Of a DNA stretch of 64,000 bases, positions 62,860-64,000 are shown piece after piece. The position numbers and the translations under genes are program-made. Positions within the stretch are counted from its first letter, which is position 1. Each line of letters opens with the position of its first letter. The stretch spans positions 806,001-870,000 of the forward strand of contig CP120454.1 of the NCBI GenBank assembly GCA_034226945.1, read 5' to 3'. Under the pieces are notes generated by a model. That model was given only the letters and a program-made list of their open reading frames with translations. It was not told the DNA's origin and did no database searches. Origin of the DNA: Picochlorum sp. SENEW3. Lineage: Eukaryota.

Positions 62860-64000
62860 ATGGGACAGAAAACTTTTTTTGTGGGATCAGGACAACCCAC
62901 TTTGGGTGATCTCATTCAAGTCGTTTGCGGCAGCGTGACTGTAGACGTCGATCCTTCTGCTGCCCAGAGAGTCAAAAAGGAAAGTCCACCTCCAAAGCAA
63001 TTTCAGGCGGAGAAGACTCCAGATCACAATGCATTAGGTGATTCTACATCATTTATACCCAAGGATTGCATCCGTGCAGCTTTATTTCTAAAGCTGCAAA
63101 GTTTGGTCAATGGAAAAAGCAAATGCAGACTTGCAGTCGCGCAGCAGATTTGCGATATGCTGAACAGGGATGTCATCCCAGGGATTCCAGAATATCATAC
63201 GGACAGAGAGGTGTTCGCAAGACTGGCTGATAGCTTCCATGGAGTGGGTGTGGACTGCTCTGGGGTTGACATTGCTGTGGCCATGGAGAAGAATGGGATC
63301 ACGCCTAGTTCTCTTTCGTCCGATGAGCGCTTGATACTGCAGGATGGCGAGTATTGCTCCTCTGGAGTCTCTTCTATTTGCATGGAGGGGGGAAAGTCCA
63401 TTCTGTCACTGGGAGCATACATTGCTGCAATGTCGGCAGAGGTTTTAAAGGCAGAGGTGAAGTGTTTTGAGGCTGAGATAACAGAGACCTATCCTCTGAA
63501 ATACTCCTCTGATGTGGCAGATGTTCTGAAAAACATGTTCACTGGATCAACGCAAGTTGTTGTGAAGAAAAACAACACCGTGATCAAGTGCATTACTGAT
63601 ATTCCAGCTGTTCATGGAGCAGCCCGGATGGAGTTGGATGCTATTGCAGTGCCTGCCAAGGCTTGCCTGGCGTCAGTGGCTCTTCCACCGCACAAATCGG
63701 GTATACATGGACATTATATGTGGCCAAATATGGGTCGGGATATGATATGCTTGGGCGAATCACTTGTTACAGCAGCCCAGATGAGCATTGATCGATCCTT
63801 ACTCGTTGCAGAGACTATGGAAAATGATGCTGACTTGAAGGCCACAGTGGATGAAACGAGGATACATTTGCAGTCTCACATAGAATGTCTGCACGCGTTA
63901 GACAACAAGCTTTCGAATGTGGCAGAGCTTCTCCAAAACACACATGGTGTGGAGAGTTTATCTCATGTCGACTGTTCCTTGGCGTGTTATGAGGCTCTGA
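62860..64000 (+). CDS. 5' part of a protein with a degenerate HAL/PAL-like domain, probably the N-terminus of cytosolic histidyl-tRNA synthetase (truncated by window)
   Basis: Frame reads open from ATG 62860 and no stop-terminated ORF is listed. RAALFLKLQSLVNGKSKCRLAVAQQICDMLNRDVIP matches the ammonia-lyase helix pattern, but no ASG follows. The synthetase domain is not visible in this window. Confidence 0.65.
   Translation, partial: MGQKTFFVGSGQPTLGDLIQVVCGSVTVDVDPSAAQRVKKESPPPKQFQAEKTPDHNALGDSTSFIPKDCIRAALFLKLQSLVNGKSKCRLAVAQQICDMLNRDVIPGIPEYHTDREVFARLADSFHGVGVDCSGVDIAVAMEKNGITPSSLSSDERLILQDGEYCSSGVSSICMEGGKSILSLGAYIAAMSAEVLKAEVKCFEAEITETYPLKYSSDVADVLKNMFTGSTQVVVKKNNTVIKCITDIPAVHGAARMELDAIAVPAKACLASVALPPHKSGIHGHYMWPNMGRDMICLGESLVTAAQMSIDRSLLVAETMENDADLKATVDETRIHLQSHIECLHALDNKLSNVAELLQNTHGVESLSHVDCSLACYEAL

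Overview
Gene-dense eukaryotic nuclear DNA with about 34 protein genes in 64 kb. Introns are short GT-AG introns (mostly 65-250 nt, donors GTACGT/GTATGY/GTGCGT), intergenic gaps are very small, and a TGTAA motif lies at or just after many stop codons. With the plastid-targeted genes (PsaK, TPT, HMA1, DEG8-like, ACR-like), this points to a compact chlorophyte green alga. A Picochlorum-like trebouxiophyte is my inference, not a database result. I built spliced models by hand for most genes, and most are housekeeping. The best leads are: an unannotated-looking H/ACA snoRNA in an intron of the Pol I subunit RPA49; a 64-aa single-TM small ORF ending 18 nt upstream of ICP55 with leaky-scanning (bicistron) hallmarks; a secreted orphan protein built from a repeat I do not recognise, preceded by a perfect hairpin; a secreted FN3 + bacterial-type DUF285/BspA repeat protein (HGT candidate); a ~2000-aa kinase with a degenerate phosphatase-like tail; a PPR-cyclin fusion; and a TSET-like (TSPOON/LOLITA) subunit. 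I saw no CRISPR array, rRNA, tRNA or transposon. All calls come from reading the sequence; no searches were run.
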